From Diplonema japonicum (taxonomy: Eukaryota > Protista > Euglenozoa: Diplonemea): 64,000 nucleotides of DNA. The notes under the pieces are model-generated. The model saw only the letters and a list, made by a program, of their open reading frames with translations. It was not told the origin of the DNA and ran no database searches. Positions 1 to 13,099 of this stretch are shown in pieces. The stretch covers positions 936,810-1,000,809 of the forward strand of contig OZ025649.1 in the NCBI GenBank assembly GCA_964019335.1, in the 5' to 3' direction. Made by a program: the position numbers and the translations under genes. Positions within the stretch are counted from its first letter, which is position 1, and each line of letters starts with the position of its first letter.

Positions 1-597
1 ACGCGCGAGGAAGCTATCAAGTGCATCCTTGATGGGATCCATCCGACGGACGCTGTTGTGAGCACTACCGGAATGCCCTCTCGGGAGGTGTTTGAGCACA
101 GGGCGGGGACGGACAAGAACCACTCAAGGGACTTCTTGACTGTTGGTGGTATGGGGCACTGCTCTCAGATAGCTGCGGGTATCGCACTGAGCAAGCCTGA
201 GAAGCAGGTGTTTGTGATTGACGGTGACGGTGCGGCTATCATGCACATGGGCGGGCTCACCACTGTTGGGGGGATCGCTGCACAGAGGGAGGGTGCCCTG
301 AGTAACTTTAAGCACATTATTGTGAACAACGGCGCACACGACAGTGTCGGCGGGCAGCCCACTGTCGCCTTCGACATCAATTTCTCCAAGATTGCTGAAG
401 GCTCCGGCTACACCGTAGTTACCGATCCAGTCACCACCCATGATAGCCTCAAGGCTGCTGTTGTCAAGCTCAGGGAGACGGACGGTCCTTGCATCTTCGA
501 GGTGAGGGTGAAGAGGGGTGCTCGTTCAGACCTCGGCAGGCCCACCACCACACCTGTGCAGAACAAGGAGGCCCTGATGGAGTTCCTTAGTTTGTAA
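1..597 (+). CDS. ppd: Phosphonopyruvate decarboxylase, C-terminal TPP-binding part (5' end outside window)
   Basis: Frame open from base 1 (TREEAIKCILDG..VVSTTGMPSREVFE). Motifs DFLTVGGMGHCSQIA, GDGAAIMHMG..NNGAHDSVGGQPT and C-terminal LGRPTTTP..NKEALM are typical of Ppd/AepY. Confidence 0.85.
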   Translation, partial: TREEAIKCILDGIHPTDAVVSTTGMPSREVFEHRAGTDKNHSRDFLTVGGMGHCSQIAAGIALSKPEKQVFVIDGDGAAIMHMGGLTTVGGIAAQREGALSNFKHIIVNNGAHDSVGGQPTVAFDINFSKIAEGSGYTVVTDPVTTHDSLKAAVVKLRETDGPCIFEVRVKRGARSDLGRPTTTPVQNKEALMEFLSL

Positions 598-1285
598 GTA
601 GATACACATGCTTTTAACACGTTTCCGACATTTTAAATTTAAATAAGTTCTCCCATAGTACGCCAAGGCCATCCTATTTTTGTTCTTTTCATAGCTCGGC
701 AAGGAGGGGCAGCAGCCCGGTAGCCAGATTTGGTTACGTTTGGCGAACTGGGTTTCTGGCCTGGTATATTACACCTGCATTTGCTGCAGCGCATGACTGG
801 AGATTGGGACCCTGCACTGTAACTTTCCCGGAGACCTACCTGTGTACAGGGGTCTTACGGGTGTCTTTTTAGGGTAATAAGATGACGGCGCAATGGCGTG
901 CTATGGGTTAGTAGTATTTTGACCGGCAACATGCGCAGTGCAACACGTTGCACTGTGCTTCCTTCCTTCTTCCTTATATCTTTCGTTTTTTTCATTATGA
1001 TTCTTTGGAATTCTTCTCGTTACATATTCTTATAGCCTCTTGAGGTGGCTCAGTGTATTGTGCCTTTCTTTTTCTGGTAATCACATGCAAAGTGTGGCTT
1101 AGAGGCATTTCTGCAGCAAAGGTTCTTTTGCCTGCATAATGCCCTATTTGCCTTGCTTGGGGTGGCATCCGTTCTTCCTGTGGGTCGATGGTTCCTTTCC
1201 CGCAATTCTTTTTCTCCTTTTTCTTATGCTGGTCAAATTTATTTCCCTCGTGCTTCGCCTCTCCTGTAGCATATCTCTAGGTAGA

Positions 1286-2565
1286 ATGACCGAGGATGTC
1301 GAGTACAAGTCTGTACCCCTCCAGCAGGGTGTATCTGTATGTCTTGTTGTTTTGCTCAGCTTCTAACAGGTAAAAGTAGTGGAACTCAGTTTGATGCGTG
1401 AAGCATGGAATAATTTCAAGAGAGACGACTACGAGGACGACATGGACAGGGTATGTACCAGACTAGGCTGTAGCATGCTTACAGGTCGCGGGCAAGGTAG
1501 GCTCCATTCTGCATCAGCATCCCAGTGGTGCTTTCACCGTAATATTCGAAGGGAAGGCAGGTGGGCTCAAGAAGGGTGAGAAGCTGCGTCTCAAATTCCC
1601 CCCTAGGTATGTTTCACACCGGCTTCCACTTCCTACAGAGCACTGACTTCTTGCGATGTGGTGCCGGTAAAGAAACGAAGGCCGAGGCTCCCGAAGCACG
1701 TTAAGACGAAGAAGGCCCCCGCATCTCCTGTTTCCAGCACCCCTGCACCCACGGCCCCTTTGGTAGAGCCTGAGATTGTGAACGAGCCGCCACCAGAGTC
1801 CACGGTATGCTCAGCCGGGCACATCAACTGCCACCTGTAACACAGACGAATCAGAAGCGTATTGACGAGTGCTTGGTGCCGTCGCCCAAGCTGGCCGACC
1901 CTGTGGCTAGGGAGAAGTCCATCGAGGCTGAGAGGCTCCTAGCTATCTATGAGGAGGAAGAGGATTACATCAAAGAGGAAGACGTGAAACGGGTATGCTA
2001 CTTCACAAAGGAATATACTGAGCGGGGGATGTACTGATGGTAGCCAGGTTCTCAGGGTTTTTCCCGCCAGTATAGTTCCTTACCGTAATTAATGATTACC
2101 GACAGGATGTTGAGCCTGCTGAGCCAGCTAGCGAGGAGGACGATGCTGAGGCGGCCTTCTTGGATGACCTTGAGGAGGAAGAGGCCGCAGCGGCAGCAGA
2201 GGAGGAAGCGTTCCTCGACGATCTTGATGACAGCAGTGCAGCTCCATCTCCGCCGCCCTCGTCTGTAGGTTCGCCTCAGCAGCCGGATCCGCAAGAGGAG
2301 AACATTGCTCCTACGGACGATGGTCCTAGAGTCCAGGTCATCTATGAGCCTCACAACCCTGTAACAGAGAACACGAAGGTGTGCACATTGCATTTAACAT
2401 CATGTCCCGCAGCGCTTCGGTGGAGCAGCGCTCCGGTCGAAGCAGAGCAATGTCGATGACTCGAACGTCATCAAGCAGAAGACCTTCTGTACCTCACCTC
2501 GCAGGCAGGTGCTTGCAGGTGACAGCCTCAAGGTCGGCGATTTGCGTGCCAGGTTCGACCAATAA
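1286..2565 (+). CDS. Hypothetical protein, N-terminal Mind-bomb SH3-repeat-like domain plus Pro/acidic low-complexity tail; 7 exons
   Basis: Introns 1337-1369, 1451-1484, 1607-1638, 1805-1845, 1993-2105, 2379-2412 give one frame: VKVVELSLMREAW..DDMDRVAGKVGSI..GAFTVIF..KFPPRAL.. ending RARFDQ*. Confidence 0.6.
1993..2105 (+). other. Unusually long (113 nt) GT-AG intron containing an internal hairpin at 2008-2081
   Basis: GTATGC donor, GACAG acceptor, frame restored. AAGGAATATACTGAGCGGGGGA pairs with TTTCCCGCCAGTATAGTTCCTT. Confidence 0.7.
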
Positions 2566-2881
2566 CCACCCACCAGCCTGCGCTGTCTAGATCACTTAAC
2601 ACGCATTAGAGTCACTCTTATTTTGGTGTAAGAATGCAGAGGTGCGAAAGAAACGAAAGAATGATACTTATTTGTTAATAGGATGTTAAGTGGGTTGGTC
2701 ATATAGGCTCTACTGTGCGATCTCAGTGTACGGGTCAGCAGTATAATAGATCCTTATAGCCATGCTTCGTGCATTCGTGTTGTTCTTGTTTTTCATATTC
2801 TCCCCCCCCCTTTAGGTTTCACTTTCGTCTGTTTGTACTGCTATTTTTTCTTGTTCCTATGAGCAACGAACATAGGGCTCC

Positions 2882-5641
2882 ATGTTGGTTGCATCGTTGG
2901 TAAGCAGGGGCGATGCTACGTCTGGGCAGCGTGATGTGGTTGCGAAGGATGCCGTTCCCCGGAGGGTGCCGCCGAAGCTTACGATCCGTACGGCCAGCCC
3001 TGAGGTGAAGAAGCCTCGCAAGAGAGCAAAGACACTGATGACTAAGGTGAAGCTTCCGGCCCAGTTACCTCTTCCGGAGCCCCCTAAACGTGAGGCCACT
3101 TCTATCGATATGATTGCCGCAAGGATACAGGGCTACTCGCTGAAGGACTTTGAGGCAATTCAGCAGAAGCGACGACTACAATTCCACCAAGTGCATAAAC
3201 TCCTTCAAGACCAGGGGAGGAGGGCCACTGTCAGTAGATGGCGACTCGCAAAAGAGTTGGTGCTGTTTCACATGAGCAGTGAGGTCAGGGACGTGATGGA
3301 GAAGCTGAACGTCAGCAGCAGGGCAGCAGGGTACGTCATGAGATACATGCGCTCTTTCAGAAGAAGAAGGGAATCTAAAGTGATGCATGAGATCAGTAGA
3401 ACGCTTGCACAAGAAACAGAGCAGCACAGCCTCGTGACGGAGATTTCCGGCACTAAGGTGGCATATGCTAGACAGGCTGATCCTACGATGAACACTCCTG
3501 CCATGCTACGCCTCCGTCTTATGAACAGGTGTGACCCGCAGATACAACTGGCCATCCGGGAGGTTTGGATGATGATACCGAGGTGCCCTAAGCCGTGTAA
3601 CGATACGATTGACAAGCAGATCTACTTCTGGCTTGTAGGCTGTCTGCGTGAGGACTTTGTGAATGCCGATCAGCAGGCCGCCACGATACGTCAGGTGAAT
3701 GAGGAGTGGCTTGTGGAGTCAGGTAATTCCTTCCTCATGGACTACGAGGGATTCTACTCTTGTATCTTCACCCTTCTTGACGTGTGGTGTGCGAGTGTCG
3801 ATATTTCAGACTACATCTCTCTACTGAAAAGGATCCGTACCCGCATCGGCAAGTCCCGCCCCCTCGTCTACTCGACTAGGCTCTCATACCGCCATTGGCT
3901 GGAGTGGTCTCAGATGCAGCCAAGAGGTGTACTTGGGTCTACCGGTCTCAGGCCGAAGGAGTTCCCAATTCCTCTCACAGCAAATGAGTCCCTCATTGAG
4001 ACTTCTCCTCGGGAACGTCCAGTCAAGGTTCGGAAGCGCTCCAAGTCAGTCCGTGGCTCGCTGTTGAGGAGGGGGCGGTCACACAGTGTGAAGCCTTCTT
4101 TTTCTAGTTCTGATTCTGGTTCTGATGCATGCTCGTTTGCATCAGTGTCCACCGATCTGTCTTCTCTGGCATCACCTTTTAGCGAAAGAAGGAAGAAGGC
4201 CTCACCTACATTTCGGGATAAGAAGAAGGGGTCTATTCTCTTCGTTGGGGTAGATGATGGACAGGATAGGCGGGCGAGCAGGTGGGACGTGGGGGGCAAG
4301 AGGAGTCAGAGCTTTAAGTGGTCTAGAAGGACGTCTTTATACTCGGACTTTAGGAGGGACACCAAAACATGTGTTTTGAGCAATGCAGAGATGTGCAGGA
4401 GGGTGTCTCTGTCTATTCCTGAGGTGACAGGGCCTCGGCTGACAGAGGAGAATCTTCGGGCCTCCGCCTTGAGCAATACCTCTACAGGTCCAAGTAGCCA
4501 GACAAGCGGCGGCTCTGGTGGGGGTGCCTGTCGCAACCCTTCTTTTAGTGCTGTCCACATGGTCAACATCACTAGATTAGACAATTCTAAGGAGGCTCGG
4601 TGCGCTGCGCAGTTGCGTGAGGATCGTGCGCAGTCGTTGGTGATTCCTGTTCTAGGTAGGAGACCTGTCACCGATAAGCGCATGTTAGAGAGGATAGAAC
4701 ATGAAGCACTAGATGTGCTAGTAAGCAGCAGCACAGTATCAACCCCGCCGTTGGTCGGCTCTGAGGCTTTGAAGTCTCCTGAGCAAAGAACTAACATGAT
4801 GAATATCATTCGTCGAGAGCAGGTTAAGGACACCCTCCCCAGTACTTTGAAGGGAAGGGACATGAGCCTAATTAGAGTTTTAGTCATTAGGAATGAGGGG
4901 CTGACAACAAAGGATATTTGTTCTTTGTGCTCCCTTGACTTCGGCGCACTGCGGGTACTTAATGTAGACAACAACAAGGGCATAGGCAATGATGCTGTGA
5001 TACCGCTTGTGAGGATGATACGCAGGACGCCTTCTCTAGTGGTTGTGAGGATGCATGATTCTAGTTGCGAAGACAGATTGGGGAGGGTCGCGACATGCTG
5101 CGTTGAGAATATCTCTAAGGCGGCCATGCTACCATGGCACGTGAGGGAGGTCGAAGACGTGTTTAAAGTATGCGATGCGAAGGTTCCGGTCGGGACGGCG
5201 GTGCAGCTTCTTACGAGCAAGGCATCTAAGGCGGATAAGCGATTTAAGAGTTTCGTTGAAGCATGGAATTCCGTTGCAGTCTCAGCCGTGTGTAGAGATA
5301 TAGCTCGGCGGTCCCAGCCCGCAGATAACACCACGATGCTGGAAGTGTACAAGCTGCGGTCGGCAGCGTTCACTACCTCATTTCACCTCACCATCCAAGA
5401 GCACGCTGCGGGTAACCTACTAGCGGACCTCTCTTCTTACTACAGCGCCGCATGTATTACCACCCTGACCGATGTGTTCACCAAGATACTTGGACTACAG
5501 CCTGCCTTGAGACACTCTGCCTCTACTCATGGCTATCTTCAGGATGATAGGCTATCGGTATGTTTTGCCCTGGCCATCTGAACAACACAGTTTTTCGAAG
5601 CAGCTGCCCTTTCCTTGTTGTCGGCCTCAGAGGAGGCATGA
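2882..5641 (+). CDS. Large hypothetical protein with Ser/Arg-rich middle and C-terminal RNI-like leucine-rich repeats
   Basis: 899-aa ORF. LRR-like LRVLNVDNNKGIGNDAVIPLVRMI. Intron 5558-5590 adds a last exon FFEAAALSLLSASEEA*. Confidence 0.65.
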
Positions 5642-5693
5642 CATTCATTTACACAGTTAAGTATTACCACCATACGTTCTTTCATCCAAGTAC

Positions 5694-6901
5694 ATGCCGA
5701 CAGGGATGCAGGGAGGTGGCTTCATCAACAATGACACTATCAGAGGGGTAGATGTGCTGAGCGAGTATTCAGTAGCTACACTTTCGAGCAGCGATGAAGA
5801 TGTGAAGGATTTCAGCAGTGTGGTGTTCAGTGAGAACGGGGAGTTTGTGTATGCGGCAGGTGGCGGTATGGAGCCTCACGGTGTGTACTGCTTCAGGTTG
5901 AGCGACATCCAGAAGGCAGCAGTGGAAGGGCAGTCCACGGAGGCGATCAGGGGTGCAATGCAAGAGTTCAAGTTGCCTCTCGGTAAAAGGTGCGGCGTGC
6001 ACAAGTTGGCTGTGTCTCAGTTTATTAACTCAAGGTTAGGGAATAGTCAGCGGTTTTTGTTTTCCAGCAACAACGGGTGGGACCACTCTGTCAGGTTAGG
6101 TGTCGTGCGGCATGGGCTTCTCGACGTAGAGAGAACATACAGCGGGCACAGAGACCTCGTGACGAGTATTGTCACACCGCACGCAAACACTGAGACGAGT
6201 ACTTTTGTCACTACTTCGCATGATGGCACGGCATGCTTGTGGGGGGGGGACCAGCCTGGAAGGCCTATCTACAGATGGCGGTGTGACTGCTCTCCTGTAG
6301 CAGCCTACGACTGCACCGGTACAGTTGTTGCTGTCACGCGATCCTCTGACGCTGTCGACTTATATGACAAGCGCAAGCTGTACAACTACAACCTCAATCA
6401 TGGGCAGCCGAGGCCTTTAGCGACCTTCAACACTGGTATCCCTCTTGCAGAGGACGTCTTGTCGATGTCTTTCCTTCCTTATTCCCATCAAGGTGCGAGG
6501 ACGGAACTCCTTTCCGTCACAGGCACGAGAACCACATCGCTGATTGACACCTCAGGCCCAGAGGGGGCCAGCAATGTGTACCAGACGGAGACATCTGGTG
6601 CGACGTGCCTGCTGCCAGACGGAGCTGTCTCGCTGAGGGGGAGGTATGCATGTTGAAGTCCTTTACCGTCACAGTGACTCGGGTACTCTGCATTTTGCAA
6701 ACGCCTCGACCGGTAATATCATCAAGTCAGCTGACACTGGTATGCCTTGTACATTCACCACCCTTCTCAGGACTTACAAGGCCACTTACAGCGGCCGCCT
6801 TCTCGCATTCATATTGGGCAGCAGCCATCGCTGCAGGCCCTGTGCTCCAGTGCATTGTTTGGCCTTATAACAATATCCCAACGAACTCTATCGTGACCTA
6901 A
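5694..6901 (+). CDS. WD40 protein, WDR82/Swd2-like
   Basis: RTYSGHRDLVTSI..TFVTTSHDGTACLW, PVAAYDCTGTVVAV, VDLYDKR. Introns near 6644-6674 and 6740-6770 give GSDSGTLHF..PLTAAAFS, matching the WDR82 C-terminal layout. Confidence 0.6.
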
Positions 6902-6960
6902 CTCATTTTGTGTGATGTGTGCCTTGCTCCTTTCTTAATAATATTCATAACAGGAGAAAT

Positions 6961-7919
6961 ATGTCGGTCGAAAAAGAGAGGAAGGAGAAGAAGGAAAAGA
7001 AGGAGAAGAAAGAAAAGAAGGAGAAGAAAGAAAAGCGTGCGCGAGAGGAGGAGGATATTGAGGTCAGTGCTAAGAGGGAGAAGAAGGAGAAGAAAGAAGG
7101 AAAAGAGAAGGAGGATGCCAAGGTAGATGATTTGGAGGTGAGGGAGAAGAAAGAGAAGAAGGAGAAGAAAGAAAAGAAGGACAAGAAGGATAAGAAGGAG
7201 AAGGAGGAGCCAGTTGATGAGAAGAAAGAGAAGGAGAAGAAGGAGAGCAAAGAGGAGCAGGACGAGGAGAAGAAGGGTAAGAACGAGTCGAAGAAGAGGG
7301 TGCGTGAAGGGGATGACGGCCCCCCTAAGAAGAAGAAGAAGAAGTCTATAAAGCAGAAGCAGAAGGTGGAGGAGAACTTGGCCTTCCGTAGAGCATGTAA
7401 AGCACTGACGCAGTTCCGTGCAGGGCACTGGGGCCCCGACACGTGGGGTGATCAGATCTCAAAGCACAAGCTGAAAGCTATCATGGGTATCCTTATGACA
7501 TATGATCAGATGTACCACAGGTACCTGACAAGATTCCCTACTGAGGTGTGCATCGCGCTTCTTTGTTTTTTAATTTTTTCAGGTGAAGAGCCTCCTCGAA
7601 AGCGTCCCTCCGAAGTACGTAGACGAGATTCCTGCAGAACAGTTTTCAAAGTTCAAGCTGATCATCAAGGCTGCTTCATCAGAGGAGGAGCTAGCAAAGG
7701 TATGCTGCCGCCACATTACGCTCATCATTTGCAGGCAAAGAAGGAGCACGCAAAGAGGGTCGAATCCAAGCCGGGGTTCGAGGAGCGGAGACAGGAGAAG
7801 AGGAAGAGTTGGTTCATGAGGTCGGGGAAGAGGACGAAACAGTTCAACAAGTTCAAGGCGACAAAGGCGCAGGTATGACATTACATTCGAGGGACACATC
7901 ACAGGCGAACAAATGGTGA
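6961..7919 (+). CDS. Lys/Glu-rich (KKE-repeat) basic protein, probably nucleolar; 4 exons
   Basis: KEKKEKK repeats and PPKKKKKK NLS-like stretch. Introns 7546-7582, 7700-7734, 7873-7904. Confidence 0.6.
6973..7275 (+). repeat. Coding purine-rich (GAGAAGAAR)n low-complexity repeat
   Basis: Degenerate tandem GAG/AAG triplets encoding KKE repeats. Confidence 0.85.
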
Positions 7920-8003
7920 GTGCGTTACGATCACGTTAGTCATTTTATTTACAACGTTTTCTTGTACGAATTTCCTTGTCCGATAAGCACACAGGAGGTA
8001 AGC

Positions 8004-11000
8004 ATGAGCATAGTAACATATGTCAAGGCGTTGAGAGACACAGTAGAGAAAAGGTTTCGGCCGACCGTCCTTGTGCTATCTACTGATGGTGTTGAGTGCA
8101 CCTGCCGGAAGAACGGCATCAACCTCATCAGCCTTCTGCGTCCCTTTGCATCTCTTCCCAAGGATGTGCACACAAAGACGACAGGCGAGCCGTATCCATT
8201 GGGGTCTTTTGGGGTTCGCTTGACAGATTTCTCTGGCTTGTCGAGCATGAGTGAAGAGGACAAGGTCAGATGGTTTACAAAGGTATGAAGCCACAGCGCA
8301 GTAACGTGCACAGTTGGCGAAAGAAGATCTTGATTTCCGAAGGACAGTTGACAAGAAAAAGATGCAGGATTGGGAGAGTGACCTAGGCTATGTATGTGGT
8401 GTGACCCCTCCCATTTCACACAGTTGGCAGAGCAGAGTGATCCTTCACGCCCAGATATCGGCCCAGGTCAGATGACAAAGATTGTTGCCGATCTCTCGTC
8501 ACCTTTGCTGCAAAGGTTCAAGGAGGAGTACACCAACAGTTGCAGATTCACAGCTTTTGACACTTTTGATCACCCCGTTGCATGTATCTTGGCAGTGTCG
8601 GCCACCAGCCCGGACGCTATCGCAGAGCTCAAGGGCCTCTTCACTGTGCATCAGCCTGCCTTCACGAACCAGGCTGTTGACCACAACCAGGCGATGTTTT
8701 ACGTTTTAGTGCAAGACATGAGCATGCCGTGCAAGCAGTCTGAGGTGGACAGGATGTTTGCAGACATGAAGTCACAGTTTGGTACTCAGTGTTGCAGGCT
8801 GCTGCAAATCAACTCGAACAGCACGGGGACCATGCAGGTCGACCCTGCCAAGTGGGTGGAGCCTGTGACGATTGACAACCAGGTCCGCACGCCGAATGAG
8901 GGTCTTATGCAACTTCTGTCGCAGGAGGATGAGATGAGTGTCGCAAAGATGATGAGCAGCTTCATTGAGATGACACTCCTGCCTGACCTCACTCGGAGAA
9001 TTAAGACGCTGAACCAGTCTGTGGCGGATAAGCGGCAGGGCAGGATAGGCAAGATGATGACCTATTTTTGGCAGGGAAACAAGAACAATGATAACGCTTC
9101 GAAGCCTCCAAAGGAAGGGCCGCACTTCGGTCCTGAGTCTTGTGAGATGCAATTGAGAAAGCTTGCAGACTTGTGTTTCCTCCTTCATGATTATGAGACA
9201 GCTTTGTCAGTGTACAAGGTATGCACTTCTGATTGACACAAATGGTTTCTGCAGATACTTAGATCTGAACTTGGGTCGCAGGAGAGCAAGAACAAGAACT
9301 TGCACATATATCACGCGGCAGTGTCAGAGGGCATGGGCATGTGCATGGCTGTACAGCAGAAGAGGGATGCCGACACGCAGCTGGAACAGGCAGCAACGTC
9401 GTACATCAAGGGAAGGAGGCCCGACTACTCTCTAAGGACACGCCTCCTTCAGTACACACTTTCGAAGTTTTCTAAGAGCTACAAGTCAGCGGACATCATG
9501 AAGATGGCCTCCACAATAGACGAGAGGAACTCTCTTTACTGCGGGCTGTTCATCGAGGAGGCAGGCGTATCCTACCTGTATTGTAATGTATGTCGCGTGG
9601 CATAGTCTTCACAACACAACAGTACGCCGGGTTAACAACTACGCGGCTGAGAAAGTTTGCCTTCAACTTAACATTAGCTGGTATGGCCACGTAGTTAGTG
9701 TATTTCCTACAGGGTGTCGGTACTCGACATGCGGTTGCGCTGACCAGGCCTTGAGAGTCACAACGATGGCAGCTGCTGTGTACAATAGAATGAACTTAGA
9801 GAAGTGGAGATTGATAAACGAGCACGTGCAGCTGACACTCGCTAGATTGTGGCAGCAGAAGGGAGAGCTTGGGTATGGGAATGTCATATAATTCATATTT
9901 GCAGGAATGCCGTGTCTCACATGGGGAAGTACCTTGTGCAGGTGCAGGGGACGAGTGAGAAGATGGTCAAAGAGTTCAACGGCTACTTGCAGGCGCACCT
10001 TGAGTCCATCGAGGACAGGGTCTATGACGAGCTACCATTTCCCTTCGTTGACATGCTCGGCATTAAGCTCAACCCCACACCCCACGCTGAACTGTGGCAA
10101 AGCCCTACTTCGTATGCTTTGTCAGTGCAATGCAATATCACAGGAGTGTCGAGGCCTCGGTTCCAGCAGGCTGCAAGCTCGACGTTGCAGGTGTGCACAA
10201 GGAGTGGACCACTATGGAGGGTGACCTCGTCAACTCGGTGAGAACAGAAGTATGTTTATAGAGGTCTATTTCAATTGCAACTTACAACACAGTTTAAGAA
10301 TCTGAGGCTCCATCCTCAGCTCGAGAGATCACGTCAGGTCAGGAAGATGAAGAGAGTGGACATGAGTCAGCACCCAGACATCATTGTGGAAGGTGAGGAG
10401 GTCTTCGCCACCATCAGCATGACGAACCCTCTGACGCTCCCCTTGGTGCTTCACGAGGCTACCATCCTGTACGAGGTGACGCCAGAGAAGCCAGACCAGC
10501 TGTCTTCTATAAACCCCCCTTCTGGGAAGGTACTAAAGGGCGCATCTGTCAGCGACGTCACGATTGCTGCACAGAGCAAGGTTCCTCTGCGTCTCTCCTT
10601 CACCTCGCCTACTGCGGGCTGGGTCCGGTTAGTGGGTGTAGAATGGGCCATGACAACCGAAAGGTTGGTTAAAACCTCTGGGAGGTACATGTTTTACAAA
10701 GGGGCAGTTGACAATGGGGAGGTGGGAATGACAGCCGTTAAGAAGTTGACCTTACAGTGCACCGAGAGCGCACCGTTGATGAAGGTAGAGATCAGAGACC
10801 CTCCCCCGTTGTATATGCTTCACGGTGAAGTCACAAAGAGCGTCCTTTTGCTGCACAACAAAGGGGGTAGAGAGATGCAGCAGATCACGCTGAAGCTCTC
10901 AAGGGCGAACGTGCACATTGTGTGTATCCCCCTTCCGGAGGGAGGAAAGAAGGAGCAATATGAGGACGCGGAAGGTGTGTATGACACTTACTACCTTCCT

Positions 11001-12958
11001 GTTACCATCCCCCCTGGCGGAGTGTTCGAGCTCCCAATCTGGGTTCGTGCAGAATCTGGTAGCAACAGTCGCTCCGTGGTAAGCAACTACGTCCCTATCG
11101 TGCTGTGCTACGGTGATAATTCCCCTGATCCTATCAGAAGAACGAGCAAGATGGTAATCCACACCATTGTGCAACCAGCTTTGTCAATGCGAGCTCTCTG
11201 TCTCCCCCCTTCTTCCGTCAGGCCAGAGGCCGAAAGCGAGGCTAACTTCATTGTTTCCCTTGAAATCAGAAGTCTGCGACAACGTAAAGCCGGGTCACCT
11301 GACACTGCTATTGCTCTGAGGCAGGTTAGTGCCCTATCGTGCGACTGGGATGTGACACCTCTTGACGCAGATGCAGTGCAGATGCCTTGCACCATTAACA
11401 GTGGTTCTGCTTTCACAATAAGTTTCCGTGTGAAACGCCGCACAGATGGCCAGAAGAGAGCAGCTGCCTGCTTCTCGGAACCATCATGCTCCGGCTACAA
11501 GGTGGACAACCTTCCATTCAACTACTTCGCGGTCAATGCTCTCCCTGACACGGAGATTGGGACAGGCGGTGCAGGCAGCGTGGGAGTTGCAGTCATGAAG
11601 AGTAGGGGCGGCATGCAAATGTTCTTGGATAGAAAGGAGAAGAAGAACACTTCGGGCAGTACAATTGACAACACTGACTTCCCATTAGCCTTCTCCCTGT
11701 TCTGGTCGGCAGTAGGCGAGGACCCTTGTCCAGACCTTCCATTCACCGGTCAGGCCATCTGCTGTTGCCAGCCTTGCAACACGACTGTTAAAGCGTCCCA
11801 CAAGTGGCAGGATTCTTCGAAGGGAACTAAGAACCTGCTGCGGACGCGTGGTATCACCACAACTGACGAGGTCCCGCGGCCGCTGTCTTCTCAGGATCAG
11901 GAGCACAACATCATTGGCGTATCACTTTCTTTTCCTGGGGAGGCGAGGCACGACTTCCGTTCTAATGTACCCTGCACTGTCTCCGTCCATATTACTCTCA
12001 CGAACTACTACAGCTCTCAGCGGGAGGTGTGGGTAAGTTTCCTCAGCAACAAGGTATGCAGTGCTTTGTTAGATAGTTAATTTCTTTACGTGTAGGTAGC
12101 ATACAGAACGCAGACTCAGCAGGTGGCAGATACAGCTCCTGCCTCCCAGCCCCTCCCGTCCCTGGTAAAGGGTCCACAGCAGCAGGCGCAACAGATGAAG
12201 GTGGAGATCCCTTATATCCAATACCCAACTTTTCACTGGCAGGGCAAGAGCAAGCACAAGGTGTGAGCTTTTATTTCTGATAACTCCTCCAGGTCTTGTT
12301 CGGGTGTTATGAATCAATCACGATAGTGGCGAAGGCGCAGTTTCTTAGACCAGGAATGTTCAATTTGAACCAGTTTGAGATCAGGCCTAACAAGGAGGAC
12401 ACAGTAGTAGAGATACAGGTATCACACATGAGAAGAGGTCGTATCACATAACAGGGGAGTAAGCAGGGCATTGACACGACATGGCTCGTCAGCATCGTAC
12501 ATGACGAAGAGGCACAGACGAGAGATGTGGCCCCGTGCGCCGTCGTGGAGGAGGGCGAGGTAGTGCACGCTGATGTTTACAATGAGGTTGACCTCGAGGT
12601 GGAATGCGAAGGGGAAGAAGGTGAAGAGGAGGAGGAGAACGTTCCTCTCGGGAACTCAAGGTCAGGTTCACCTGATGCGCGTGACGAGGAGGAGAGAGGT
12701 AAAGACGATTCGGTTCAGGAGGAGAGAGACGAGGAACGGGATACTGAGGAGCAACAGAGGACTGAGCTCGAGGAACATGAGCTAAAGGAGCATGAGCAAG
12801 AGGGGAGTGAGCCCCAGGTACAGGAGCAGGAAGTGCAAATACCATCTACACACGCGGAGGAGGCGGAGGAGGAGGAGGAGAACCAGTCTCCTGAGCCAGC
12901 GGAATTTGACGAGCCAGGCAGTGCCGATCGCTCTCCATCACCTCCTTTGGACGACTGA
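8004..12958 (+). CDS. TRAPPC8: TRAPP III subunit TRAPPC8/Trs85; 12 exons, acidic C-terminal tail
   Basis: CRKNGINLISLLRPF, FDTFDHPVACILAVS, EMQLRKLADLCFLLHDYETA, RLRKFAF, W..INEHVQLTLAR, MTNPLTLPL. 11 short introns join the ORF fragments through to the 12527-12958 acidic ORF. Confidence 0.88.
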
Positions 12959-13099
12959 TGTAACATAACGAACGTTGAGATGCTATTTGGTCACAGGACA
13001 ACGGGGTTAGCCTTTAGTAGCTTCCATACCTTATGTCTTGTCCCTGCTTTCCCGACCGAGTATTTAATATGCGCTTTACCCATTCATCTCACTACAGGC

